Origin: Candidatus Thorarchaeota archaeon
GTDB taxonomy: Archaea; Asgardarchaeota; Thorarchaeia; Thorarchaeales; Thorarchaeaceae
DNA: 44,907 nt
Assembly (NCBI GenBank): GCA_029858305.1
Contig: JAOUFI010000013.1
Coordinates: forward strand, 1-44,907
Reading direction: 5' to 3'
The notes under the pieces were generated by a model. That model searched no databases. It was not told the origin of the DNA and saw only the letters and a list, made by a program, of their open reading frames with translations. The position numbers and the translations under genes were made by a program. Positions 27,383 through 37,817 of this stretch are shown here, one piece after another. Positions within the stretch are counted from its first letter, which is position 1, and the number at the start of each line of letters is the position of its first letter.

Positions 27383-29277
27383 TAATGGCTCGCGGCTACA
27401 TGGGTAAGTTTCTTCGTGTAAATCTTACCGACGGAATATTCAATGTTGAGCCTCTTCCAACATCATGGATAAAGGATTTCATTGGGGGTGACGGTTTTGG
27501 GGCAAAACTTCTCTTTACTGAAGTGCCTGGAAGAATCGATTCACTTAGTGACAAGAATAAACTCATTATTGCTACTGGTCCAATTACAGGCACAATGTGG
27601 CCAATGAGTGGTCGAACAGTTTTCATTTCAAAGGCTCCCTTAACAGGTATTTGGGGTGAGAGTCATGTGGGCGGATTCTTGGGAGCAGAACTCAAGTATG
27701 CTGGGTATGATCTGCTTGTTATTGAGGGAAAGTCCGAAAAACCAGTCTACATCTATATTGAAGACTCAGACCTTCAAATTAGGGATGCGCAACAGCTCTG
27801 GGGATTAACAACCGACAAACTGACAGGTGCCATCAAGAAGATACATCAAGATCCTGATATTCAAGTCGCCGCAATTGGACCTGCAGGTGAGCGGCTTGTT
27901 CGATATGCATCAGTAATGGTGAATCATGCAAGAGCTGCGGGACGAACAGGCATGGGAGCAGTACTTGGCAGTAAGAACGTTAAAGGCATAGCTATCAGAG
28001 GACATGGTGCGGTTGAAGTGCATGATCATTCCACTTTTATGGAGTTAGCCAAAGAGGCTCATTCCAGAGTACGCAGCAATCCCCAAGCACGACAGATGGG
28101 TAAGTACGGAACTTGGGTTCTTACAGCAGTGAAGCAAGAGATTGGTGAGTTACCCACATATAACCATCAGACTGGAGTCTTTGATGGCTGGGAGAAGTTG
28201 AGTGGCGATTACATACGACCGAGATACACAGTTGCCGATCGAGCTTGTTTTGGCTGCAGTTTGGGGTGCAAGAAAGTCAATTATGTGCGGGATGGTCCAT
28301 TTGCTGGAACTCTGGAAGAGGGCCCTGAATATGAGGGTTTGATGGCATTTGGTAGTTCACTAGGCATTGACGATTATGCTACAACTCTGAAGGCAAATCA
28401 GATTTGCAACAGATATGGCATGGATATTATCTCTGCGGGTGCCACGATTGGATTCGCTATTGAGGCATTTGTTAAGGGTGTTATCACAACGAAGGATACT
28501 GGTGGTCTCAAACTCAGCTGGGGTGATCGAGAACAGATAATTGATCTACTTCAGATGATTGCAGACAGGAAAGGTTTTGGTAACCTACTAGCTGAGGGAA
28601 GTAAGAGGGCAGCTGAAACGCTAGGTCGAGGAACCGAAAAGTTTGCAATTCATGTTAAGGGTATGGAAGTTTCAGGACAAGATGGGCGTACTCACAGAAG
28701 TATTGCTTTAGGTCATGCCACAGGGGCTCGAGGTGCCGATCATTTGCGAAGTCTCGTTGTTGTAGATCAACTTGGATATGAAGATGTAGCAGCGAGTCGG
28801 TGGGGCGCAGACAAGCTTCCGGAAATCATTGATCCTTACACTGAGAAATACAAAGCCAATGCAGTGTTTGAATCTGAGAATGCCTATTGTATTCGGGACA
28901 CCTTGATAGTCTGCTGGTATTCGGTATCATGGCCTCCAATCTTTTGGATGGAAGACTTTGCCAGGATGCTTCCTTCTGTGACTGGTGAGTCGTACTTGGG
29001 AAAGGTGGAAAACCTCACAAAGATTGCTGAACGTCAAGTAACGCTAAAACGTTTATTCAATGCAAGAGAAGGCATAACAAAGAAGGACGACCAGCTCCCA
29101 GATCGATTTACCAAAGAACCTATGCCTGAAGGTCCTGGGAAAGGTCAGACAGTCGATCTTGCACCTATGCTTAAGGACTACTACACTCTTAGAGGATGGG
29201 ACCTAGAAACAGGTCTTCCCACAAAAGAAACAGTTAAGCGATTATCACTGGAGTGGACTAAGGTCCACTCCGAGTGA
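27379..29277 (+). CDS. aor: Tungsten-dependent aldehyde:ferredoxin oxidoreductase family enzyme
   Basis: KAPLTG, IGPAGE, GRTGMGAVLGSKN, CFGCSLGC, GPEYE, LLAEG, VKGME, RGADH, YYTLRGWD motifs. Confidence 0.94.
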   Translation: MIMARGYMGKFLRVNLTDGIFNVEPLPTSWIKDFIGGDGFGAKLLFTEVPGRIDSLSDKNKLIIATGPITGTMWPMSGRTVFISKAPLTGIWGESHVGGFLGAELKYAGYDLLVIEGKSEKPVYIYIEDSDLQIRDAQQLWGLTTDKLTGAIKKIHQDPDIQVAAIGPAGERLVRYASVMVNHARAAGRTGMGAVLGSKNVKGIAIRGHGAVEVHDHSTFMELAKEAHSRVRSNPQARQMGKYGTWVLTAVKQEIGELPTYNHQTGVFDGWEKLSGDYIRPRYTVADRACFGCSLGCKKVNYVRDGPFAGTLEEGPEYEGLMAFGSSLGIDDYATTLKANQICNRYGMDIISAGATIGFAIEAFVKGVITTKDTGGLKLSWGDREQIIDLLQMIADRKGFGNLLAEGSKRAAETLGRGTEKFAIHVKGMEVSGQDGRTHRSIALGHATGARGADHLRSLVVVDQLGYEDVAASRWGADKLPEIIDPYTEKYKANAVFESENAYCIRDTLIVCWYSVSWPPIFWMEDFARMLPSVTGESYLGKVENLTKIAERQVTLKRLFNAREGITKKDDQLPDRFTKEPMPEGPGKGQTVDLAPMLKDYYTLRGWDLETGLPTKETVKRLSLEWTKVHSE

Positions 29278-29287
29278 TAGAATATTC

Positions 29288-30247
29288 TTACATCCTGATA
29301 TAGTCAACACGGTGTGTAGAGGCACAGGCTGGACATGCATACTGGTCTGGTCCAGTCCAATCAATTTGTTCCCAAGACATAGGTGCTCCGCAGTGAGTGC
29401 ACTTGTCCTTAATCACTGGTTTCACAAATACAGTACTTGCTCCTGCAGCACTAGCGCTTGCTTCTACATCCTGTGTCGTTTCAGTAGCTCTGAAAGTCGT
29501 TTCAACCCTGGCGGAGTCACTTATTTCATATTGACTCAGTGGGTGATGGGGAACGATATAACTGAATGGTCTGATTAGCCAATCTAGGTGTTCTGGTGGA
29601 TTATTACTCCATGCGCGCGTTTGCCATACCGTAATCATATGATCCTGTCTTGGTACGCGACCTCTCATTTCGAACTTACCAGAGGTTGCTTTAATCTTGA
29701 TTTTATCTCCCCTTGATTCAAAAGTTTCAATCATATGAAGTGGGAAGATGAATAATTTCTTTGTCTTCGCATCCATCTGATAGAGTCGATAGTTAGTTAG
29801 AATGAAACTCTCTGGATAGTACGTAAAAACTTCTTCACCCTTGAGCCATGCAAAGGTTTGATAGAAATGTCGTGAGAAAGGTCTATGAAATCCAACAGAT
29901 ATCCAACGATTATATGGATGATCCGGGTGTATGCAGGGTACACCACTCACTTCGCATATCTTTCTCTGACCACCCATATTGAGCCTCTCAAACTCCCTGA
30001 GACCAAGTGCTGCACGCATCTCCTCTCTCTTTGGCAGAGCACCAACAAGGTTTACAATTCCATTCGTCACCTTGAACATGGCTGAATTCGGTGTTAGTTT
30101 GTATTCTTTGATAATATGGAGAGGAAGACTAACACTTGTTCTTGATCCTCGGTCGAATTGAATTAATCTGTAATTCGTCAGAGTATACTCCTGATGTTGA
30201 GCAAGTACTCTCTCGTTCTCAATTGGTATGTAGGTTATGTATGACAC
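29288..30247 (-). CDS. Tandem PH/GRAM-like domain protein with C-terminal zinc ribbon
   Basis: Repeat LTNYRL..PLHxI occurs twice; CTHCGAP..CPAC. Confidence 0.65.
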   Translation of the reverse strand: MSYITYIPIENERVLAQHQEYTLTNYRLIQFDRGSRTSVSLPLHIIKEYKLTPNSAMFKVTNGIVNLVGALPKREEMRAALGLREFERLNMGGQRKICEVSGVPCIHPDHPYNRWISVGFHRPFSRHFYQTFAWLKGEEVFTYYPESFILTNYRLYQMDAKTKKLFIFPLHMIETFESRGDKIKIKATSGKFEMRGRVPRQDHMITVWQTRAWSNNPPEHLDWLIRPFSYIVPHHPLSQYEISDSARVETTFRATETTQDVEASASAAGASTVFVKPVIKDKCTHCGAPMSWEQIDWTGPDQYACPACASTHRVDYIRM

Positions 30248-30340
30248 TATAGATTACACCTACTACAGTAGACTATTCAAGAAAACACTCAATTTGAATT
30301 AAAAGCTTGGTTGTACGTGAGTAAAGTCTGAAAGATTAAT

Positions 30341-30562
30341 CTATCCTTGCATCTGTCGAGGTATCGATATGTACAACACATCTTCGAAACCTAATACACC
30401 ATGCCCACTCGGGTTCACGAGTTTAACATAATCGTCAAACACATCTTCGACTCTTACGTTAGGAATCTTCGCAAGTGTATCTTTTTGCATGTATCTTAGA
30501 TAGACAGTGAATGTTTGTCCGGTTGTCTTCAGATCTTGAAAAATGCTTCGCCAGTCAGGCAA
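30341..30562 (-). CDS. Small protein, possible Sm/Hfq-like fold
   Basis: 73 aa, TTG start with AAGGAGG RBS; N-terminal helix followed by about five short beta strands. Confidence 0.6.
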   Translation of the reverse strand: MPDWRSIFQDLKTTGQTFTVYLRYMQKDTLAKIPNVRVEDVFDDYVKLVNPSGHGVLGFEDVLYISIPRQMQG

Positions 30563-30627
30563 GTTCAGATTTCCTCCTTACTCGAATCATCATTCTCCTG
30601 ACCATTTAATATTTGCTGCTGAGGTAT

Positions 30628-31092
30628 TCAAGACATAATCCTTCCATCAAAAGTGATACTTGGTTTCAAATCAAGTTCAACAAATATCATACTTACCAAA
30701 TCTTGAACCTTCTCGTTATCCTTACAATAAAATAGATGGGAAGTACAGTGGTTCGAACAATCCGATGCCCCAAAACCTCTGTGTCCTGGATTAAACTCAT
30801 CCATCCTTTCAAATTTCTTCGCGACCTGACACTCCATGGACTGAAAACTCTCAGCCCAAATCGCAGCCTGCAGATTTGTTGAATGACGTAACAAAGCATC
30901 GATATGCCAGTGAACAGTCTTTTCCTTTCGGAAGTGTCTATTAATTCGGTTCTCAAGGCTTGTGGATCCACCTCCCATAGCTGAGCCTACATAGAGCCAT
31001 ATCCCTCTTTCAAATAGGAGATCTCCAAGAGCCTTTATGATGAGATGTTTATCTTCAGGAACTTCAATGATAAGAACATATACTCCTTTCAT
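30628..31092 (-). CDS. GIY-YIG nuclease family protein (DUF123-like)
   Basis: KGVYVL, YVGSA, RINRH, HWHIDALL, GFGASDC..C.SHL motifs. Confidence 0.88.
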   Translation of the reverse strand: MKGVYVLIIEVPEDKHLIIKALGDLLFERGIWLYVGSAMGGGSTSLENRINRHFRKEKTVHWHIDALLRHSTNLQAAIWAESFQSMECQVAKKFERMDEFNPGHRGFGASDCSNHCTSHLFYCKDNEKVQDLVSMIFVELDLKPSITFDGRIMS

Positions 31093-31240
31093 CTTCCAGT
31101 CTTGCTCCCACAGTTTTCTCTCGCTTAATGTTGACTTTGATGTGTTCCAAAACCTCGTCTGATTTCTGAAGTCATTCTTGATAAGGGTCACTCAACGTCG
31201 ATATCATCATAAGGAGAGGGATATTCAATGTAATTAGACA

Positions 31241-32188
31241 ATGGACGCTATAGAGATTATTCCCAATGTTCATGCCATCAGAGGCAAGTTTGCGGGGGAG
31301 TTTGGATTCATTGCTAGCTATCTAATAGTCAATGATGGTGAAGCACTAGTCATAGATCCTGGTACTGCTGGCGACCCTGGAGATAGAATAGAGAGAGCAC
31401 TCAAAGAATTCGGATTGAATCATAAGAGCGATCTTATTGGCATCGTATGCACACATGGTCATCCTGATCATGCCGGAGGTGCAATCCGCTTAAGAAGGTT
31501 CACCGGTGCGCCTATTATGATCCATTCAGATGATGCTGAATTGATTCGAAATCCTCAATCTTTCTTTGAGGAACGCCTACTCATGGATCGTACAACTCGT
31601 CTATCCATGAAGCTAGATAAGGGTCCTCTGCGTGTAAACTATAAGGGATGTGAGCCGGACGCTCTCTTATCAGATGGTCAAATTATCAAGGTTGGTGATA
31701 CCTCTCTTCAAGTAATTTTAACCGGAGGCCATTCTGCAGGTCACTGTGTATTATTTGATAGTAAAAAGAAGCTTCTCTTCTCTGGAGATGAAGTGAACAA
31801 TTTTCCAAACGACCCTCGCAAATTCTATGTAGACCTAAGTGGTAGTCTTATCTCCAAGATTGCGGCTATTGAACGTCTAGCAAAGCTAGGCGTAGAACAT
31901 CTACTTCCTGCTCATGATGTCCCCTATCTGTTCGGCGAAGCTCGTCTTCAATTCGGAGCAGTATCTGATGGCGTAGTTCATCTTCAAGATACGGTTTTAA
32001 CACACCTTGGAGCAAGGGGCGAGGCAGATATTGAACAATTAGTTTTCGATGTACGGCAGTCTCGAAGTGTGCCGATTCCAGAGAGTCTTGACACTCTGAT
32101 TAAGACCACAGTTTTTGTAACTCTCGAAGGACTAGCAGAAGCTGGGCTGGTCAAGAATCTAGGAAATGGTGTATGGACTAAAGTCTAA
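31241..32188 (+). CDS. Metallo-beta-lactamase-fold hydrolase with C-terminal winged helix
   Basis: IDPG, THGHPDHAGG, GHSAGH, FSGD, PAH motifs. Confidence 0.9.
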   Translation: MDAIEIIPNVHAIRGKFAGEFGFIASYLIVNDGEALVIDPGTAGDPGDRIERALKEFGLNHKSDLIGIVCTHGHPDHAGGAIRLRRFTGAPIMIHSDDAELIRNPQSFFEERLLMDRTTRLSMKLDKGPLRVNYKGCEPDALLSDGQIIKVGDTSLQVILTGGHSAGHCVLFDSKKKLLFSGDEVNNFPNDPRKFYVDLSGSLISKIAAIERLAKLGVEHLLPAHDVPYLFGEARLQFGAVSDGVVHLQDTVLTHLGARGEADIEQLVFDVRQSRSVPIPESLDTLIKTTVFVTLEGLAEAGLVKNLGNGVWTKV

Positions 32189-32293
32189 ACGAGAAAGGCT
32201 ACGCGCAAGCTAGATTCAAATGAAAGGATACAGGTTCTCATATTAAGACTATTCTCAACATTAGCCCTAGCTTGCTAGATGAAGGAGAATACA

Positions 32294-34930
32294 ATGATGA
32301 GCGGGAAAAATCGAAGAGATGTACAGGCACAAAGCACTGTCGAAGCCATAAGAATGGCTTCCGCTTCAGTTTTGGGATCAACGACTGGTTTAGGCTATCC
32401 AGTTGGAAGCGCAATGGGCACAGGGAGTATGCTTGAACAGCATTCCGAAACGGTCTCAATGAATATTGCGCCTCTCGTCTTTAATGTGCGAGATACCTTA
32501 CTCTCTTCAGAAGGGCTAGAACTACTCTCAATTGAGTGGAATCTCGAGAGAACACCTGGACCTGGAGTTCTACCTGAACAACTCGTAGTAGCTGGTGGGT
32601 CTGAAGGAGGTGTTGGGACCCACGTCTGTGTATTGAGTTGGGAGAAGGGTGTTGTTGATCCCTTCAAAATAGACCAATACGTGAAGGAACTATCCAAAAA
32701 ACTTGGAGATATAGAAACTGCAGTTATAAACAATGAGCTCAATTATGATTTAGAAGGCCTTGCTGTCATTCAACGCTTTGCAGATCGTTTGAATAAGGTT
32801 CTATTCGTTGATATGCTTGATAGGCGATTCCAAGGCTCGTGGGATTCATTTCAGGTCAAAGCTGAGCAAATGGCAATAGAGGCTGTGGCACAGATGTCGA
32901 TTTATGATGACTTTACACTTGTCCCTCCTGGTTTGAAGATTTCTCAACGCAAGAAGCTTGATTTTAGATTGCCATCGTTATCAGAGGGTGATGTCTTTGA
33001 ACACTATCAACACCGTGTACTCACTCCGAGTGCTATTGAGCTATTAACAAAGACCGTACCAGAAACAGGGCAAGCAATACTTGATGAATTAAACACCTAT
33101 GCATATGCCATTGAGGAGGCTGATGTTGCTGAAGGTGTAATCTCAGTTCTGAAGGAATATCTCCAGACAGAAACGGTAAACCTCAAAGATTTACAATCTA
33201 TTAAGAGTAAGACTGCAGAGTTTGTGAGTTACCTTAATGATACTGTTGATGCTCTAGAGTTTGTTGTTGAACAACATTCGAGTTCTGGGAAGAATCTAAG
33301 TTTTGAAGGACACAAAACCGCACTTCTCGCAGATGTTGATACAAACAATGATAGATTCGAAGGAATCAAACATAAACTTGCTCAAGTGCTAGTTATACAA
33401 TTCATGAAGTCAATAGAAAGGGAATCTTTTCAACTCGAGGAGATTCGCGCATGGCAACTCAAGAGCACTCTAAGTTATTCAGTTGCCTATGCTAAAAGAG
33501 TCGCACAATACTTTGCTCAAGAATTTGATCACTATTTAATTACATCAGCGGCAAAAGAAGCATTCTTTACAGCACTTCGTGACTTTCGTCAAGAGGTTGC
33601 TCAAGAAGGCATGGATTCCACAAACGTGATGTTTTTTGAGAAATTTTATGCAGAGGTTGAATCAAAGATTAATGCATCCTTTTCAAGAAAGTCGTTTCAA
33701 GGTGTTGAATATCATGATTTTATTCAATTGATGGATTCAATAACGCGAGAGATGATTGAAACCTTCAGACACATTGATGTATGGAATCTAATTGAATTTT
33801 CAGATGTTGCAGAGATTGCCCGTTCTGAGATACAAAAGAAACATTCAGATCCCACCGATGTTGGGATGCTCACTCCAACTGGTACAGCGCTCATGGCTCT
33901 TTTAAACCAGTTCCAAACTAGTGTGTCAGATATCATCCCAAATGTAGCTGATACAATCTTATCGAAACCTGTAATCCGAAGGATGATTGACAAAATGAGG
34001 ACTGAGGGCACTAGTCTAAACGATGAACTTTCATCAGCAATTGAGAGCGCTGGTGAGAAGTCGGAGGAGTGGAGAAAGGAAGCAGTCAATTGGGTTGAAG
34101 GTTTCCGTGATAGCGTAGACGCTTCATTATCTCTCCCAGAATCTCTACTCGCTTTATTGCAATATGTGCATGAACTACTTAGTGAGGCTGTATCTCCAAG
34201 TGCAATTGCTGATCGGGTGAAAACAGAGGCAGATGCAAGGGAGGCTGCCTTCAAAACTAAACTAGATGAATGGCAATTCCTTTGCGATGAAATTAAACGT
34301 GAGAATGAAGTAATTCGCGACAATAATAATAGGCGTAGCGAACTCATAAACGAAACAACACGACAATATGAAACTGAGATGTCAGCATACGAGCGAGAAG
34401 TACGTGAATATCAGGAAAAGGTAGAACAAAGAGAAATTCTAAAGGCAAATGCAACCGAAGATGGGACAAAATTGCCTGAACTGCCGATGGAACCAGTTCG
34501 ACCTTTGCCGCTTGAACCACGCATTGAAACCATAAAAAGAAACTATCCAGTTGAACAAGAAAAATCATTCCCACCTGAACCCCAACCTGAATCCACTCTT
34601 CACTATTATGTTGAGCTACGAGATATTCTCTATGATAAACTGACAGAAATGAAAGAACGCGAAACTAGTATGGAGGAAACTTTTGCACGGAGAATCTTGA
34701 AACTGCAGGCAGAGGGGATGGGAGCTGCTGGAGTAATTAATATCAATATAGGTGATGAGTTTCTCGAGTACCTCATGGGTTCACGAATTCGAGGTCTTGG
34801 TCGATTGCTACCTCGTATCTCTCGTGTCTTCTTGAGAGACCCGAAAATAGCCAATCTTCTATATCTTATATCCTATGAACACTTTGATGACATATTGACA
34901 GTTTCAATTGGGAGTACGTATCTGAGGTGA
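32294..34930 (+). CDS. Large hypothetical helical/coiled-coil protein
   Basis: About 880-aa uninterrupted ORF; AAGGAG RBS before ATG 32294; coiled coil with Pro-rich insert near the C-terminus. Confidence 0.8.
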   Translation: MMSGKNRRDVQAQSTVEAIRMASASVLGSTTGLGYPVGSAMGTGSMLEQHSETVSMNIAPLVFNVRDTLLSSEGLELLSIEWNLERTPGPGVLPEQLVVAGGSEGGVGTHVCVLSWEKGVVDPFKIDQYVKELSKKLGDIETAVINNELNYDLEGLAVIQRFADRLNKVLFVDMLDRRFQGSWDSFQVKAEQMAIEAVAQMSIYDDFTLVPPGLKISQRKKLDFRLPSLSEGDVFEHYQHRVLTPSAIELLTKTVPETGQAILDELNTYAYAIEEADVAEGVISVLKEYLQTETVNLKDLQSIKSKTAEFVSYLNDTVDALEFVVEQHSSSGKNLSFEGHKTALLADVDTNNDRFEGIKHKLAQVLVIQFMKSIERESFQLEEIRAWQLKSTLSYSVAYAKRVAQYFAQEFDHYLITSAAKEAFFTALRDFRQEVAQEGMDSTNVMFFEKFYAEVESKINASFSRKSFQGVEYHDFIQLMDSITREMIETFRHIDVWNLIEFSDVAEIARSEIQKKHSDPTDVGMLTPTGTALMALLNQFQTSVSDIIPNVADTILSKPVIRRMIDKMRTEGTSLNDELSSAIESAGEKSEEWRKEAVNWVEGFRDSVDASLSLPESLLALLQYVHELLSEAVSPSAIADRVKTEADAREAAFKTKLDEWQFLCDEIKRENEVIRDNNNRRSELINETTRQYETEMSAYEREVREYQEKVEQREILKANATEDGTKLPELPMEPVRPLPLEPRIETIKRNYPVEQEKSFPPEPQPESTLHYYVELRDILYDKLTEMKERETSMEETFARRILKLQAEGMGAAGVININIGDEFLEYLMGSRIRGLGRLLPRISRVFLRDPKIANLLYLISYEHFDDILTVSIGSTYLR

Positions 34931-37386
34931 GATCTATGGCAAGTTCTTGGGTACTTAAAACACGACAAGGCAGCGAGGCTGGCAAAGAGATACTTCTTCG
35001 AGAAGCTTTAGTCACTCATATGCGCAGTACAAGGGATAGGCAGCTCTTTGCAGAAACGCTTACAGAAACTCAACCTCTTGAAGATGTATTCTCCTTTTTT
35101 GCCTCCTTCTATCTTCATAGCTATCAGGGCATCCGATTATTAAAGGCATCAGATTCTCCTGAGTTGACAGCAGACGGAAAAGATGACCTTGGTCGAGAAG
35201 AACGCCGTCAATTGGAACTAGAGGTTCGGCAACTCCTGGGTGAAAGACAGCGTGAAGAGATTGATATAGCTCGCATATCAAGCGAGCTTACCGTTCGACT
35301 CTGTGACGAATTGAGTGGAAAAGACAATTCGACTCCTGATACGCTAAACAAGATAATCTCGCTTATCAAAGAATATCTTCAAAAAATTCCTTCAGATTAC
35401 ACCCCCAATCATGATATTGATTTAATAATCGAAATCACTGGATGGGGCCCTGAATGGAGGGATGAGCTCTACACCAAAGCCTCCGGACTGAAAGAGAGCG
35501 CGCTATCCTTGAGGGAAGAGTTACTACGCGAACATCCTTCCGAAGTACCTGAAACAACTGTTCTTCAATGGGGTCTTGAGCATATTTTTGGTAAAATTGA
35601 ATATGCAAAAGGTCGATTGGCAGATACAATCATACCTCCCCGTAATTGGGAAAGGATTGCAACTACAATTTTAGAGCGTTTTTCCAGGAGTACTGATGAA
35701 CTTAATGCAATAAAGCAGGCACACATGATTAGACTATCTTTGCTTGATGCAGTCAAAAATGATTACGATAAGCCAACTACTATTGACGAATATGAGCGAA
35801 GGTTAGGGAATGTTGTCATCGGTTCGATTGCTGATGCTCTATCGGCGAACTCATCGTTTGTACTCGAGATTCTCTCTTCACTTCTGACAATAGGATCCGA
35901 TGATTTGAAAGCCCAACTTCGTCGAAAGGGCATTGATGATGTATCGGTTATTGGCGATGGTCTACGTGCACTGACCAGTGCAGTCGAAGAAACTCCCTCT
36001 GGTCCACAAGTCAGTAAAGAAGAGATGGAACTATTAGAAAGGTCTCTAAAGACATTAGAGAAGCTTGAAGACACTCTTGCGCGACCAGTGAAAGGTTTAC
36101 TAAAAGCTCGAGGCCTTCGAGCATCAGAGCTTGACAAAATTTCTATTGACTTGCTAGCCAAAAACCGGAATAGCTTAGTAGGCATTGAAATTGAGGTTCT
36201 TAATGAGTTATCGAAGAAGATGCGAGTTCCACCTCCAGAGGAGATCATAAGACTACTGGAGATTCGGAATCAAGTAAAGAGTGGCGCACTCAGTTCACTT
36301 GGTATTTCTTCTGCTCGTGATTTTAGTAAGCAACGAATCGAGGATGAGACAATAAGATCAATCAGGCTTGATATTATCTGGCATTTTACAACTGGTATTA
36401 TCACAAATCTTACTAGAGTTGTTGAGTCCTATATTCGATCGAAGCAGGATCTTCTACGTATCAAAGCTCTTCTAAAGAGTATATACGAAGACACTGATAC
36501 AAGTCTTCAATTTCTAAGAGAGGAAATACTAATTGATCTAGCTGCAATGCGCATCTATGAGTTTAAGGTGATTCATCCCAATCTTGACGCTGCGAGAATA
36601 TGCACATGGATGCATGCCCGTCTTTCGAATAAAGATATGAATGCAGCCCAACAAGAGCTTGAAAACACTCCTAGTCCAACCTTAGAGGGCATTATCGATA
36701 AGCCCCTTGAAATGGAGGGTCTTGATTACGATAACTATGCGATTGCATTCGACATTATGCAGAGATTCTTGAAACAGGAACGTTTGGAGAAACTTGCTAA
36801 GGAAGAGTATGCCTATGAAACAAAACAGAAAGAAAAATTGTCCATTGAATCCAAACGTGAGTCGATTGATATTCTAATGTATCTCCATAATAAAGCTCAG
36901 ACTGTCTTTCGCGCCATCGGGCGTGTAGGTACGAAGGGACTGGAATGGTCACAGAGTGATACAACAAAGTGCGCGAATCTTCTATCGTATTATATCAAGA
37001 CAAATCGGGGTCGATTAATTTGCTCTGCATGTGGTGCAGTGCTAAAGGAGAACAAATGTGACCAACACGGCAAGAATTTCGTGAAAGATTCTACGGACAT
37101 GGATAACCTAGCCATTTTCATCATGCGAGGAATCTACGAGATCAAGGATGGTTTGGTGGGTACGGGCAGGGGTGCTGAGCCAATGGCTTGGGACAAGGCT
37201 AAATCCACAATTGAAAAAGAGATTGGAGTTCTGAAGCGAAAGGGCAAGCTAACATCTAAAACGAATCTGAAAGAGCTGATGCCTGGAGAGATAAATTATG
37301 TCATTGGTCCTGCAATGTGTGCGATTGTTGGGCAATATTTCAATGAGTCATTGGTATATGCTGCCAGGCGTGCTGACATTGCATAA
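34927..37386 (+). CDS. Large hypothetical helical protein with C3H zinc finger
   Basis: 819-aa ORF abutting the previous stop (GTGA overlap, or ATG just downstream); CSACG..CDQHG. Confidence 0.8.
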   Translation: MRSMASSWVLKTRQGSEAGKEILLREALVTHMRSTRDRQLFAETLTETQPLEDVFSFFASFYLHSYQGIRLLKASDSPELTADGKDDLGREERRQLELEVRQLLGERQREEIDIARISSELTVRLCDELSGKDNSTPDTLNKIISLIKEYLQKIPSDYTPNHDIDLIIEITGWGPEWRDELYTKASGLKESALSLREELLREHPSEVPETTVLQWGLEHIFGKIEYAKGRLADTIIPPRNWERIATTILERFSRSTDELNAIKQAHMIRLSLLDAVKNDYDKPTTIDEYERRLGNVVIGSIADALSANSSFVLEILSSLLTIGSDDLKAQLRRKGIDDVSVIGDGLRALTSAVEETPSGPQVSKEEMELLERSLKTLEKLEDTLARPVKGLLKARGLRASELDKISIDLLAKNRNSLVGIEIEVLNELSKKMRVPPPEEIIRLLEIRNQVKSGALSSLGISSARDFSKQRIEDETIRSIRLDIIWHFTTGIITNLTRVVESYIRSKQDLLRIKALLKSIYEDTDTSLQFLREEILIDLAAMRIYEFKVIHPNLDAARICTWMHARLSNKDMNAAQQELENTPSPTLEGIIDKPLEMEGLDYDNYAIAFDIMQRFLKQERLEKLAKEEYAYETKQKEKLSIESKRESIDILMYLHNKAQTVFRAIGRVGTKGLEWSQSDTTKCANLLSYYIKTNRGRLICSACGAVLKENKCDQHGKNFVKDSTDMDNLAIFIMRGIYEIKDGLVGTGRGAEPMAWDKAKSTIEKEIGVLKRKGKLTSKTNLKELMPGEINYVIGPAMCAIVGQYFNESLVYAARRADIA

Positions 37387-37394
37387 TTCCCCAA

Positions 37395-37715
37395 TTAGCT
37401 CATTGACAGACTTGCAGAAATCCAATCTAGGTAGTTCTTGGAACCTGTTCTGATGTCTAGAACAATGAACTCAGGAACTTCATAGGGATGATTCTCAATA
37501 ATTGTATTCTCCAAACGTTCTTCAAATCCTGCTTCAGTTTTTATGATCAAGATTGATTCTGCATCTGTTACCAACTCATTTTTCCAGTGATATGTGCTTA
37601 TGATATTGGGGACAATATTGACACAGGCGCATACTTGCTTCTCAACAAGTATACGTGCCAACTCTTGGCTAATTGACTCAGGACATGTAGTCATTGCAAG
37701 TATGTATTCCTTCAT
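37395..37715 (-). CDS. cutA: Divalent-cation tolerance protein CutA
   Basis: TTCP, CACVNI, STYHWK, IKT, HPYEVPE, YLDWI motifs. Confidence 0.95.
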   Translation of the reverse strand: MKEYILAMTTCPESISQELARILVEKQVCACVNIVPNIISTYHWKNELVTDAESILIIKTEAGFEERLENTIIENHPYEVPEFIVLDIRTGSKNYLDWISASLSMS

Positions 37716-37817
37716 AGTGAATTTGTGGCATTTCTGCCATATATCGACTTCCCTAGGAAAAGTATCCTAAACGAAGCCCATTTATACCGACCAGCTCGGA
37801 CAGGCATCGGTGATTCT

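Noticed and set aside
30628-31092. GIY-YIG gene as a homing endonuclease or mobile element
   Set aside because: Matches the DUF123-type housekeeping family; no intron, intein or flanking repeats seen
33724-34347. Long antisense ORFs (also 11276-11941, 21824-22324, 38351-38899)
   Set aside because: Shadow frames of well-supported genes on the opposite strand
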